The notes under the pieces: generated by a model
Seen by the model: the letters and a program-made list of their open reading frames with translations, nothing else
What the model was told of the DNA's origin: nothing
Databases searched by the model: none
Part shown: in pieces, positions 52,486-64,000 of the stretch
How positions within the stretch are numbered: the first letter of the stretch is position 1
How the letters are laid out: every line of letters begins with the position of its first letter
Translations under genes and position numbers: made by a program
Source of the DNA: Octopus vulgaris
Lineage: Eukaryota
Direction of reading: 5' to 3'
Length of the DNA stretch: 64,000 nt
Assembly (NCBI GenBank): GCA_951406725.2
Contig: OX597814.1
Coordinates: 172,360,001 to 172,424,000 of the forward strand

Positions 52486-53287
52486 AAAATTGTAACAGAA
52501 TTAACGAGATTTATGTAAACACTATCAGGAAGTAGTGTTGCTGAATTGAATTGCATTGGGCGTAGCCCTCAGGAGATCATTGTCGATCGAGGTACGCAAG
52601 GCAATAATATATGCTGAATTTAATGCTAACATATGTTCTGCATACATTTCAGGGTAGCTACATTGATCGCAGACGTAATGCGCCTTCAGACTGGTTTAAA
52701 ATTATCTGTAGCTGCAAATCTATTTACTAGTTCGACCGAGCTGACAAAACTTTGAGGTGAAAGTAGGAGAATGATACCTAGAAGTATCATTCTCCTACTT
52801 TCACCACAAAAGATATAAACTCCTGTATTCTCATGCTTTAAACCATTCTTACAGACATTTTAAATCGTATTAGGGTCTTCAAGACAAGAGAAATAGCTGC
52901 TAAAACGCATTTTGAAAATAATATTTGAAGCTTACATGTGTTTCGAGATCCAGTTTCACCCACTCCAAATTCTGTATGTATACATACATATAAATATAAA
53001 TAAATAAATAAATATAAATAAATATAAATATATATATATAAGTATGTATATATATGTATTTATGTATATGTATATGTATATGTGTGTATATATGTGTGTG
53101 TGTGTACGTGTGAGTGAATTTGGAAAAATTGAATTTAAGCTTAATAAGATGTCGGTGAGCACAACTGCAACAACTTCATCAAACAAAATGTAAATGCACT
53201 GCTGAAATGCCTTTCGACGATGTATATACTTATTGTATGAGATACACATGGTGGTTTTAATTTGAATTATAAAAAAACCTTGCAAAC

Positions 53288-53527
53288 CTGGTCAATGGAA
53301 CAGCCTGCTCGTGAAATTAACGTGCAAGTGGTTGAGCACTCTGCATAGTTCTCACGGGGATTCAGCGTGACATATTATGCGACAAAGCTGGTGTTTGTCA
53401 GCTGAATGGAATTGAACAACATCAAATAAAGTGTCTTGCTCAACGAGGCAGCGCAACGCCAGGAATCGAACTCAAAACCTTACGACAGTGTGTCGAATAC
53501 CCTAACCACTAAACCACCCTCCTTCAC
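53288..53527 (-). mobile_element. SINE with a D-like head and the 3' domain seen in the C copy at 34223
   Basis: ggaacagcctgctcgtgaaattaacgtg ... aaagtgtcttgctcaa ... ggaatcgaactc ... cctaaccacta. Confidence 0.7.
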
Positions 53528-54367
53528 AATTTGAAATACAATTTTTTTTAGCTGTGACGTCAGTTAATGGTTGCTAGCATTAGAAGCCATAGAATTTCAA
53601 ACTAGTGTTCATATCGTAAAGTTTCCTCTGAGATGGCTTATAGACAGAGATAAGACGGGGTTATTTGTATGTTGACTAAATATGCTTTTGCGTGCATGTG
53701 TGAAAGTGTAAAGAATTAGTTGGACTTTGTAGGGGTGATTATTATAGAGACAAAAAAAATTTTAGGACAAAAACGGATTTGGATTACAATTTCCTTTGTT
53801 GGTGAAGTATTTTTTGTAATCTTGGTCTAGAAACTAAATACGGTGTTCAAGTCTTAGGGTTGATAATGGGTTGGGAATACACAATAGGTTTTGGGGTAAA
53901 TTAAAAAACGGTATGAGAATATGGTAAATGGAGTGGAGGAATTTCGAACATACGCAATTTGTACATGTGTGTGTACGTGTGTGTGTGTGTAAAAAAAGGT
54001 AGTATTTGTGGCTGTGAGTTTGTTGTTGAGTTTATATGTGAATGTGTAAGTACGCACGCACATACAGGCGGATGCACGTTTATGTGGAGACTTGAAGAAT
54101 TGTATAAATTGTATAAATTGTATAAATATACATTCATACAGACGCAAATGTTGTCGAAGAACACTCATATATATGTGTGTGCGTGCAAACATATGTGTGT
54201 GTATGTATGTATGTATGTATACGTATATGTTATGAATATTTACTTTTTCTTGTGTGTATTTATTTTATGTGCACATATAACATGCACGCACACATACATA
54301 AATACACACATGCTTACACATATACATACAGCCCTTTATGCAAACAACATAAATTTATATTAAAATA

Positions 54368-54419
<52 letters not shown>

Positions 54420-54928
54420 GGTCTATGTGACTATACACCCATGCTTACAAACAAACATCGATCCATACATCCGTTTAAGCACACGCATACAAGCATACAC
54501 TCGTATCTTTCATTCTATCAATCCATACATACATGCATAATACACCCACTCATACACACACACACAAACACATATAAATACATGGATTCATATATTCATA
54601 GATAGAAATAAAGAGATAGGTAATCTGTAATATTAAAAATGTTTCCATCACATATCGAAGGCGATTATAAAATTTTCTGAAATGATTATGACGTATGATT
54701 CATTTACCCTATTTGTTGATGTTCTTGTTCTTACTGTCGAAGTCAAAATGGCAACAGAAATGGGATAATTTCCCGAAAAATTCTTATGTCCGTTGCATTT
54801 CCTGTCAAGAGACTTAAATAATGAAAATTTGATAACATATTCCAAGCGTAACTAATTTTACGTTATTTAACTATATAATATATTTTTCCAAAGTTAAGTG
54901 ATTTGTCGAATTATGATTTAAACTTGAA

Positions 54929-55012
<84 letters not shown>

Positions 55013-55027
55013 CTTCTGTTTCTGCGC

Positions 55028-55144
<117 letters not shown>

Positions 55145-55181
55145 ATGTACAAATATATATATATATACTCCTGCTTCTGCG

Positions 55182-55236
<55 letters not shown>

Positions 55237-55241
55237 GAGAG

Positions 55242-55310
<69 letters not shown>

Positions 55311-55863
55311 TGCGCACATACAAATATACATACATATGCATATATACACACATGCATACAAACATACGTATACACTCACACATAAACACACACTGACATA
55401 TAGATACACATGTGTGTGTTTATATGAATATCACTATTAGGAATATTTGCAAAAATGGGTGTATGCGTGTGTATTAGTGTATTTGTTTAAGTGTGTGTTT
55501 GATGTGTGTGCGCGAGCGCGCGCGTGTGTGGTGTGTGTGTGTGTCTGTGTGTGAGGTGTGGATAGATATTTAATTGTATTTCTGTTGGAATACGAGTTGT
55601 TATGTGTATTTAGATAGTCACAAGCTTTCTAAAGTGATAATGTGTATGCGTACGTATTTGAGTAAATTCGTCAATGCTCATGGCAATTACTTTTATATAC
55701 ACATAAAGCAATCGCGTTGTGCGTGTGTTCTTGTATGTTAGTATGAGTGTGAAAGATTGGGTATATGCATGAGCGATGTTTGGTTGTTATTTCTAGGTCT
55801 AACGACCATATTGATGTTTCCCGCTCCTTAGCTTCATCACGAAATACTTACGTTTTGACGCTA

Positions 55864-56091
55864 CTCTTTTACTCTTTTACTCTTTTACTTGTTTCAGTCA
55901 TTTGACTGTGGCCATGCTGGAGCACCGCCTTTAGTCGAGCAAATCGACCCCAGGACGTATTCTTTGTAAGCCTAGTACTAATTCTATCGGTATCTTTTGC
56001 CGAACCGTTAAGTTACGGGGACGTAAACACATCAGCATCGTTTGTCAAGCGATGTTCGGGGTGGGGGACAAACGCAGATACCCAAACATAT

Positions 56092-56122
<31 letters not shown>

Positions 56123-56295
56123 CATATATACGACGGGCTTCTTTCAGTTTCCGTCTACCAATTCCACTCAAAAGGCCTTGGTCGGCCCAAGGCTATAATT
56201 GAAGACTCTTGCCCAAGGTGCCACGCAGTGGGACTAAACCCAGAACCATGTGGTTAGTAAGCAAGCTACTTACCACACAGCCACTCCTGTGCCTA
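55864..56295 (-). mobile_element. SINE family A, full length
   Basis: Reverse complement of the family sequence with a (CTCTTTTA)n tail. Confidence 0.92.
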
Positions 56296-56519
56296 TGACA
56301 TTACTTTTGAATTCTTCTTACTGCCATGCATTCCTGAAGGTATTACTGGTATGAATGATGAGAAATAGTTTCCGCTAGATTATTGCTGAAACCGGTTCTT
56401 CTCATATAAATTGATATGTGAAATCGATGTAAATTATTTGAAACTTCATTGTCACAAGTCCAAGCAAACAATAAGATCCTTATACATCCCAACACCACAA
56501 ACACATATATAAAATACAC

Positions 56520-56670
56520 CGGGCTTCTTTCAGTTTTCAGCTACCAAATCCACTCACAATGATTTGGGTAACCTGAGACTATAACAGAAGACATTTGCCC
56601 AAGCTGCCACACAGTGAGCTGAACCCGGAACCATGTGATTGGGAAGCATGCTGCTTACCACACAGCTACA
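56520..56670 (-). mobile_element. SINE family A, 5' half
   Basis: gggcttctttcagttt...accaaatccactcacaa...gaacccggaaccatgtg. Confidence 0.85.
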
Positions 56671-56954
56671 GTATGCCGATAATTCGTAAGCTAAATTGTT
56701 AGCTATTAGTAAGTATAGACAGTTTTTCAAAGCTGAAATAAATTGTGACGAAGGGCGACATCGTTAACTCATAGGATCTCAGAGATGGTGATGAATGACA
56801 GATCGTTTCATTCCTCTCTGAATTTTGGTGGAAACAATGAAAGAATTTGCCTCAGAGCGGGTACCCGCTTATCTCTGCTAACTGACGTGTATCAGTTAGC
56901 TGATGTACACACTTATCAGAAAAGTGTTTTGTTCACTGAATTCGTAAACAAAGT

Positions 56955-57226
56955 CTTTCAGTTTCCGTCAACCAAATCCACTCACAAGGCTTTATTCGGC
57001 CCGAGGCTATAGTATATTTCTTTACTGCCCACAAGGGGCTAAACATAGAGGGGGCAAACAAGGACAAAGGGATTAAGTCGATTACATCGACCCCAGTGCC
57101 AAATTGGTACTTTATAGCCCGAGGCTATAGTAGAAGACACTTGTACAAGGTACCACGCAGTGGGACTGAACCCGGAATCATGAGGCTGGTAAGTAAGCTA
57201 CTTACCACACAGCCACTCTGCGCCTA
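56955..57226 (-). mobile_element. SINE-A 5' half interrupted by a truncated SINE-B (57015-57112)
   Basis: TSD gcccgaggctatagta at 56999-57014 and 57117-57132. Confidence 0.88.
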
Positions 57227-57333
57227 TATATTCATGTAACTTTTATAAGAACGAGTATTGTGGTATATATTCATGTGATACCATTATTGTGAAAGTTGAT
57301 AAATAACCTTATGTTATTCTCAACCTGGCAAGC

Positions 57334-57524
57334 AAGGCGGCGAGCTGGCAGAAACGTTTGTCGGCCGAGCGAAATGCTTAGCGGTAGTTCGTCTATCTTT
57401 ACGTTCTGAGTTTAAATTCCGCCAAGGTCGACTTTGCCTTTCATTTTTCGGAGTGTCGATCTAATCGACTGGGCCCCTCCCCCCCCCCCCAAATTTCGGG
57501 TCTTGTGCCTAGCGTAGAAAAGAT
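57334..57524 (+). mobile_element. SINE family B, variant tail (B3)
   Basis: B head followed by aaatttcgggtcttgtgcctagcgtagaaaagat. Confidence 0.85.
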
Positions 57525-57659
57525 TCTTAACCTAGCAAGCCTATGTGTGAAACCGTTCCAGCAGTGACCATTCAGTGGAAGACTAGAGACTGAAAGTTCT
57601 AGCAAAGTCCCGAGACAATTTTCCTTATTGATCAACTGGTTTTCAGTTAAGCTGTTTAA

Positions 57660-58340
57660 TTTCTTCTTCTTCTTCTTCTTCTTCTTCTTCTTCTTCTTCT
57701 TCTTCTTCTTCTTCTTCTTCTTCTTCTTCTTCTTCTCCTCCTCCTTCTTCTTCTTCTCCTCCTCCTCCTCCTTCTTCTTCTTCTTCTTCTTCTTTCCGCC
57801 TCTTCTTCTTCTTCTTCTTCTTCTTCTTCTTCTTCTTCTTTCCGCCTCTTCTTCTTCTTCTTCTTCTTCTTCTTCTTCTTCTTCTCCTCCTCCTTCTTCT
57901 TCTTCTTCTTCTTCTTCTTCTTCTCCTCCTCCTCCTCCTTCTTCTTCTTCTTCTTCTTCTTCTTCTTCTTCTTCTTCTTCTCCTCCTCCTCCTCCTCCAC
58001 CTCCTCCTCCTTCTTCTTCTCCTCCTCCTCCTCCTCCTCCTTCTTCTTCTTCTTCTTCTTCTTCTCCTCCTCCTCCTCCTTCTTCTTCTTCTTCTTCTTC
58101 TTCTTCTTCTTCTCCTCCTCCTCCTCCTTCTTCTTCTTCTTCTTCTTCTTCTTCTTCTTCTTCTTCTTCTCCTCTCTCCTCCTCCTCCTCCTCCTCCTTC
58201 TTCTTCTCCTCCTCCTCCTCCTCCTCCTTCTTCTTCTTCTTCTTCTTCTTCTTCTTCTTCTTCTTCTCCTCCTCCTCCTTCTTCTTCTTCTTCTTCTTCT
58301 TCTTCTTCTTCTTCTTCTTCTTCTTCTTCTTCTTCTTCTT
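57660..58340. repeat. ~680-bp polypyrimidine (TTC)n/(TCC)n tract
   Basis: Directly visible; almost purine-free on the + strand. Confidence 0.97.
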
Positions 58341-58547
58341 CGCGGTAGTGGTCGTGGTCGTGGCCGCGATCGTTGTGATCGTCGTCGTGTTCGTAATGGC
58401 CGTCATCTTCATCATCGACGTCGCTGTTTCCACCCACTTCTATATGTCTTTAAGATCACTTCTATTCATTCATTCAATCTCTATCTCTCTCTCTCTCTCT
58501 CACACACACACATACACACCATCTCTCTTTCTCTCACTCTCTCTCTT

Positions 58548-58604
<57 letters not shown>

Positions 58605-59439
58605 ATATCTATCTATTGCTGGTATACTGCGTAATTCTACATTTCACAGTTCTTTTCCACAAGAGATATTAACAAACAATATTAATAAGTTAACAAAACA
58701 CTCGCCACTTATGCAACACTTGCGCTGTGTACAGCAGTGAATCACACACTTCTCTTTGCATTGCCTGTTTACGCGCTGTTAATTGAATTGGATCGCTTAA
58801 ATCTCACAGCTCAATGACAACAAACCTTGATCTATCGAAAACATTAGTTGATAATTTATCGATTGACTTCACTGAGGTTTTCATATGTTTTGTTACGTTC
58901 ACAAAATCAAATTGTGTGATATATCACACATTACATTCCTGCTGTGGTAATATTTAATATCAACAGAATGTATGATATATAATCTTGTTCTAAAATATGG
59001 TATATATATCAAAATGAAAACAAGTGATATATCGTACACATCTTTTGTCATATTTATCACAATAGAAGTGTAGTATCTATATCATAATTCGGTATAAGAT
59101 ATATCGTAAAATGTGTGGTGTATAATCTCACAAAAATTGTATTATGTATCATACATTTTACTCGTGATATTTGTATATCACAATAGAAATGTATGATGTA
59201 TCACGTCGTTTTGGTGTGATATACATCACAAATGAAATGTAAAATGTATATCATACACTTCCATTGTGATATAAATATCACAACAGAAATGCGTCACATA
59301 TATCATATATATCTGTTGTGATATGTATGTATATGTAATTTCAAAAGTGGACTGTGTAATCGAGTGTGTGGTATGCCATCTCATATTTCAATTGTATTGT
59401 ATCACAACAGAATTGTGATATGCCTTATAGAGGTATCTT

Positions 59440-59640
59440 TTATCCTTTACATGTTTCCGTCATTGGATTCTAGTCATAGTAGGGAACCAATCGACCCCAG
59501 TACTTAATCTTTAAGCTTGGCATTTATTCTATCGGACTCTTAAGCCGAACTGCTAAGTTACGGGGACGTAAACAAACCAATACCAGTTGTCAAGCGGTCG
59601 TGAGGAACAAAGCCAAACACAAGACAAAGACACACATGTA
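59440..59640 (-). mobile_element. SINE family A, diverged 3' half
   Basis: ttattctatcgg..gccgaactgctaagttacggggacgtaaaca...gttgtcaagcg. Confidence 0.75.
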
Positions 59641-59689
59641 TCACACACACACGCCCCCCCCCCAACATAACCCCACACACAAACACACA

Positions 59690-59747
<58 letters not shown>

Positions 59748-59790
59748 CTTGTAAACGGTAAATTTTCCCTACCTAAAATATTCATACTTT

Positions 59791-59844
59791 GTCTCTGATG
59801 ACGGAGTACCCAGTGTGTGGACATGCTAACTACAGCTGTAAGAC
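59791..59844 (+). ncRNA. Degenerate hammerhead of the 883-938 family (GAAA lost)
   Basis: gtct-CTGATGA-cggagtaccc...acagctgt-A-agac; the GAAA segment is mutated. Confidence 0.55.
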
Positions 59845-60199
59845 TTCAAATTCACATTACCCTAATTAAATAAAATCCAGCCTTAGCTGTGATCTTGGAA
59901 TCTAACGGTCGACAAGCTATAGCACTTACTCAGCATACCTATTCGTTTGGATCACAAATGAACTTAGCCCCTTCATATTCTTTACACACACACACACACA
60001 CACACATACACATATATGTAAGACGGACTCCTTTCTGTTTCCCAAGATGTCACGCAGTAGGACTGAACCCAGAACCAAGTAGTTGGGAAACAAACTTGTC
60101 ACGAATAAGCCACGCCCGAAATATGTAAAGAAAAATTAGTTGCTTTTCGAGATCACAATTATCCATAGTTTGATTGACATTAATGACAGCATTCAGTAT

Positions 60200-61580
60200 G
60201 AATGTTCTCACTGTCCACAAATCGCTCTAGTATAAGCTAAAAGAATGGTCGATCTATTTATGCAGTCCAACGTTAGTCGCAATCCCTTTGCATGTCTCTG
60301 TTGAGCAGAACGTTGTAAGATATTTTTTAATGGCGAACTATGGGAGAATTTTACAATTCTTCTCATTTTATGAATGATACTTGAAACATTGATTTCGTTA
60401 CCAGTCTCACGTGAATTCAATGAAATATCCGTCTTGACAGAATCGTTATTATCAAAACATTCGGTTCTTCATAATTATTTCCATATAAACACTTATCATC
60501 AACTTGTATTATTTCAGAAAAGCGGCAGCGGTGGACGTCGCTGACCTCTTGTAAAACACGTTACATGAAGTTAAATATATTGCATGCGCCTAACACAATT
60601 GCCGATCGCATTCAATGAGCCTTCTCAAATTCACTATGATAACTGCACCATCGACAGCACATTCCGTCAAATGACTTCTCAGTAAATATCAAATTATTCT
60701 AACTACTGTAACAGAAACCTAGAAAACGTTAAGGCGGCGAGCTTGCAGAACCGTTAGCACGCTGGGTGAAATGCGTAACCGTATTTCGTCTGCCGTTACG
60801 TTCTGAGTTCAAATTCTGCCGAGGTCGACTTAGCCTTTCATACTTTCGGGGTCGATTAAATAAGTACCAGTTACGCACTGGAGTTGATATAATCGACTTA
60901 ATCCGTTTGTCTGTCCTTGTTTGTTACCCCTGTGTTTAGCCCCTTGTGGGTAGTAAAGAAATGGAAATAGGTATTTCGTATGCTGTTACGTTCTGAGTTC
61001 AAATTCCGCCGAGGTCGACTTTGCCTTTCATCCTTTCGGGGTCGATAAATTAAGTACCAGTTACACACTGGGATCGATTTAATCGACTTAATCCCTTCGT
61101 CTGTCCTTGTTTGTCCCTTCTATGTTTAGCCCCTTGTGGGTAGTAAAGAAATAGGTATTTTGTCTGCTGCTACGTTCTGAGTTCAAATTCCGCCGAGATC
61201 GACTTTGTCTTTCATCCTTTCGAGTGCGATAAATTAAGTACCAGTTACGCACTGGGATCGATGTAATCGCCTTAATCCCTTTGTCTGTCCTTGTTTGTCC
61301 CTTTTATGTTTAGCCCTTTCTGGGTAATAAAGAAATAAGAATTTTCATCATTCTTATTTGCATTGTTATTCAAATACCGGTGCGTGTTTAATGTGGTGTA
61401 TTCATTTAAACTAAATCGTGATCATGGGAATTTCGAATCACATTCAGTCTTTTAATTTACTCCACTGTAAACGAACTAGAACCATTACATATGATGGTTT
61501 TTTAAATTTCATTTTATAAATTACATATCTTCTTCACCAAATGCTTTCTGATAAACTAACTTTTTTGTATAGAATCTTAT
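60200..61580 (-). pseudogene. hAT-superfamily transposase relic, split by a SINE-B array
   Basis: Minus-strand pieces in the expected order: RFSLNEYTTLNTHRYLN (~61420-61370), AVDGAV...QLC*AHAIYL..NVFYK (~60660-60550), and IHKMRRIVKFSHSSPLKNILQ...LRLTLDC (ORF 60208-60420). Confidence 0.75.
60730..61338 (+). mobile_element. Head-to-tail trimer of SINE-B (one full copy, two 5'-truncated)
   Basis: Units are joined at ...gaaat/aggtattt... near 60965 and 61150. Confidence 0.92.
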
Positions 61581-61812
61581 TGTCCACAAATCGCTCTAGA
61601 TAGCTAAAAGACTGATCCATCTAGTTATACAGTCCAACGTTACTCGCAATTCCTTTGCATGTCTCTGTTGAGCAGAACGTTGTAAGATGTTTTTTAATGG
61701 AGGGCTATCAAAGAATTTTGCAATTTTTCTCATTTTATGAATAATGCTTGAAACATTGATTTTGTTAACAGTCTCACGTGAATTCAGTGAAATATCCGTC
61801 TTGACAGAACTG
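61581..61812. repeat. Diverged duplicate of the hAT segment 60212-60445
   Basis: tgtccacaaatcgctctag...gaaatatccgtcttgacagaa is present at both places. Confidence 0.9.
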
Positions 61813-63107
61813 TTTGAGATACTGTCCAGCGCGATAACTTTGTGATCATGCTGTTAAGAGGTTTGCTTTGCAGCCAGGTGCTTTCCGCTTTAGCCTCACT
61901 CAGCAGACATTCGTACATTGCACTTTGGGCATTTGTAACAAAAGTTATTGTCAATCTTATGCTTGTTCTGCAAGAATAAGACAAACCATACGGACACTCA
62001 CTCAGCTTATTTGTGTTTAAACTCCTTACAGTTTGCGATTTTTCATTCTCTTCCTATATATATTGTGTTTTTAATGCAGAACGGTTAAAAGTGATTTTAT
62101 CTCGGATTAAAACTTCAACAACTTGCTTGTCAACGGTGTATAAACGTTGTATACATAGATAACAATATTAATTTAACACTGATTCACTTGCGTACACTGA
62201 TTATTTATTCAGTTCAGCATAAACACATATATTTCGTGTTATGCTTAGAAGCAATACACGGTACCAGAATTTTCAGCTCGAGTCAAATGGAAATGTATTA
62301 ACTGAGGAAGGTCTTACGTAAGGGATGAATTTCCTATTTTCTATTATGCAATGATCTTAAATGTAGGTATTAACTGTTTAATCAGAGTCTCAATCTTAAT
62401 CGACGTGTTTGATGATCAAATGCATTCTATTAGCAACGAAATATTACAAGTACCTAGGTTTGTCTAAGGTATCCTTTTCTTGAGAGGTTATGATGTGATG
62501 CAAGGGTAATATGGTTTTTATTTCTTAGCATGTCGAGCAAAGTGACCCTGACGATGCACTTTTGTAAGTTTCTTCCGTTTCCCGGAACTAGAAATTAGTG
62601 GAATCAGTATTTTATTTATTGTCTGTTGTGGAATAAAATGGAATTTAAGAATTCCGTACAGCAGTGACAGAGGTAATGTAATATTTAATTTAATTTTGTA
62701 CCCCACCCACATCCCCCTACACTCATTCATTCGATCACCTGCGCATAACATAAACGATGCACACACAGACTCACATGCACCCACATATACCCGTATACAA
62801 ATAGAACTTAAATTACCACTTCATTCTACCTGACACGCACACATACAAGTCCTCATCCCCAAACGCTTCCTCTTATACCGCTTTGTGCCCCTTCCTTCTC
62901 TCTCTGTCTTTTCTCTCATACTTGCAAACATGCAAATTTTTTCTCTCGTACACGTCTTCCTTTGCCGACACTCCACAAACACAAAATGTCTGTGTGTGTG
63001 TACGTGTCTTTCTCTTTCTCTCTCTCTCTCCCTCTCTCTCTGTTTCATATACAAACACATACGCACACTACTTTGCACATACAAACAGTCTCTTCCTCTT
63101 TCATGCA

Positions 63108-63232
63108 CATTTGTAACTTAGCGGCAAAAGACCGATAGAATAAGTACCAGTCTTACAAAGAATAAGCCGAAGGGTCGATTTCTTCGACTTAAATATGGTA
63201 CTCCAGCAATGAATACAGTAAAAGACTAAAAG
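63108..63232 (+). mobile_element. SINE family A, 3' end
   Basis: gtaacttagcggcaaaagaccgatagaataagtacc...ggtcgatttcttcgact. Confidence 0.8.
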
Positions 63233-63244
63233 AATACACAAACA

Positions 63245-63315
<71 letters not shown>

Positions 63316-63472
63316 CTCTTTCTCACACACTCACACACACACATTCGTACTCTCTCACATACATACGCACAATCTCCCACGCACGCACAATTTTTTTCTC
63401 TCACACACACTTACTCCCACGCTCTCTCTCTTTTTCCTCACTCTCACTCTCTTTCTCTATCACACACACGCA

Positions 63473-63508
<36 letters not shown>

Positions 63509-63765
63509 TGCACGCACATTCCTTCTTCCAATTACATATACACACGATCACTCAAGTACATACACAAACGCTCTCTGTTTCTCTCTCTCTATCACCTTTT
63601 CCCGCACACAAAAACATTATCTTTCTCTACTATAATCTCTCTCTCTCTCACTTACACAGAAAAATACACACACTCTCTCTCTTTTCTCTATCTTACTCGA
63701 TTTCTCTTTCTTTCTCTCGCTCCCTCCTTCACGCGTTCTCTCACAAATCAAGGCAAGCAATGTCT

Positions 63766-63804
<39 letters not shown>

Positions 63805-64000
63805 ACCTAAAAATATCAATTCCCCAGCCTTTCACTTTCTTTTTCGAACTCTCTTCTCTCACTCTTCTCTCTCTCTCTCCTTCTCTGACAGACACATATT
63901 CTCTTTCTCTCAATTTGTGAAAACATATCCTTTCTCTTACAACCACACCCCCTGTATTTTTCTTGATACTTGTCCCATCTCTCTCTCTCTCTCTCTCTCT

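Noticed and set aside
52928-52960. Minus-strand GAAAC-acat-GTA, resembling the 3' half of a hammerhead
   Set aside because: No CUGANGA-like core or stems I and II could be found upstream.
57575-57590. tggaagactag, matching the 5' half of miR-7
   Set aside because: The 3' half does not match and no hairpin partner is evident.
57441-58740. Long ORFs (330-370 aa), and similar ones at 9726, 26279, 27214, 27662 and 42261
   Set aside because: They are translations of stop-free microsatellites (homopolymer or dipeptide runs) with no domain content.
61784-61984. SYSC-containing ORF reminiscent of the Penelope RT-endonuclease linker
   Set aside because: Only a four-residue motif; downstream Cys and GIY-YIG motifs are not evident.

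Overview
AT-rich eukaryotic non-coding DNA saturated with microsatellites and transposon debris. The SINE families and repeat landscape strongly resemble an octopus (coleoid cephalopod) genome; this is inferred from recognition, not a database search. No intact host protein-coding exon could be supported, and nearly all long ORFs are microsatellite translations. Recognisable content: about 30 copies of several tRNA-derived SINE families (in-window labels A-E), relics of mariner and hAT transposases and of L1/Tx1, R4/Dong, RTE, CR1-like and Penelope elements, three Helitron derivatives, and several MITEs. The most striking layer is RNA structure: at least nine minimal hammerhead-ribozyme (HHR) motifs from about five Penelope-like families, including variant cores (GUGAACA with a C3G/G8C compensatory swap, CCGACGA, CUGUGGA). 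There is also a conserved four-hairpin module downstream of two HHR remnants, and a candidate non-circularly permuted hammerhead at 31422-31484 whose three strands occur in scrambled order. Coordinates were read by eye and may be off by a few bases.
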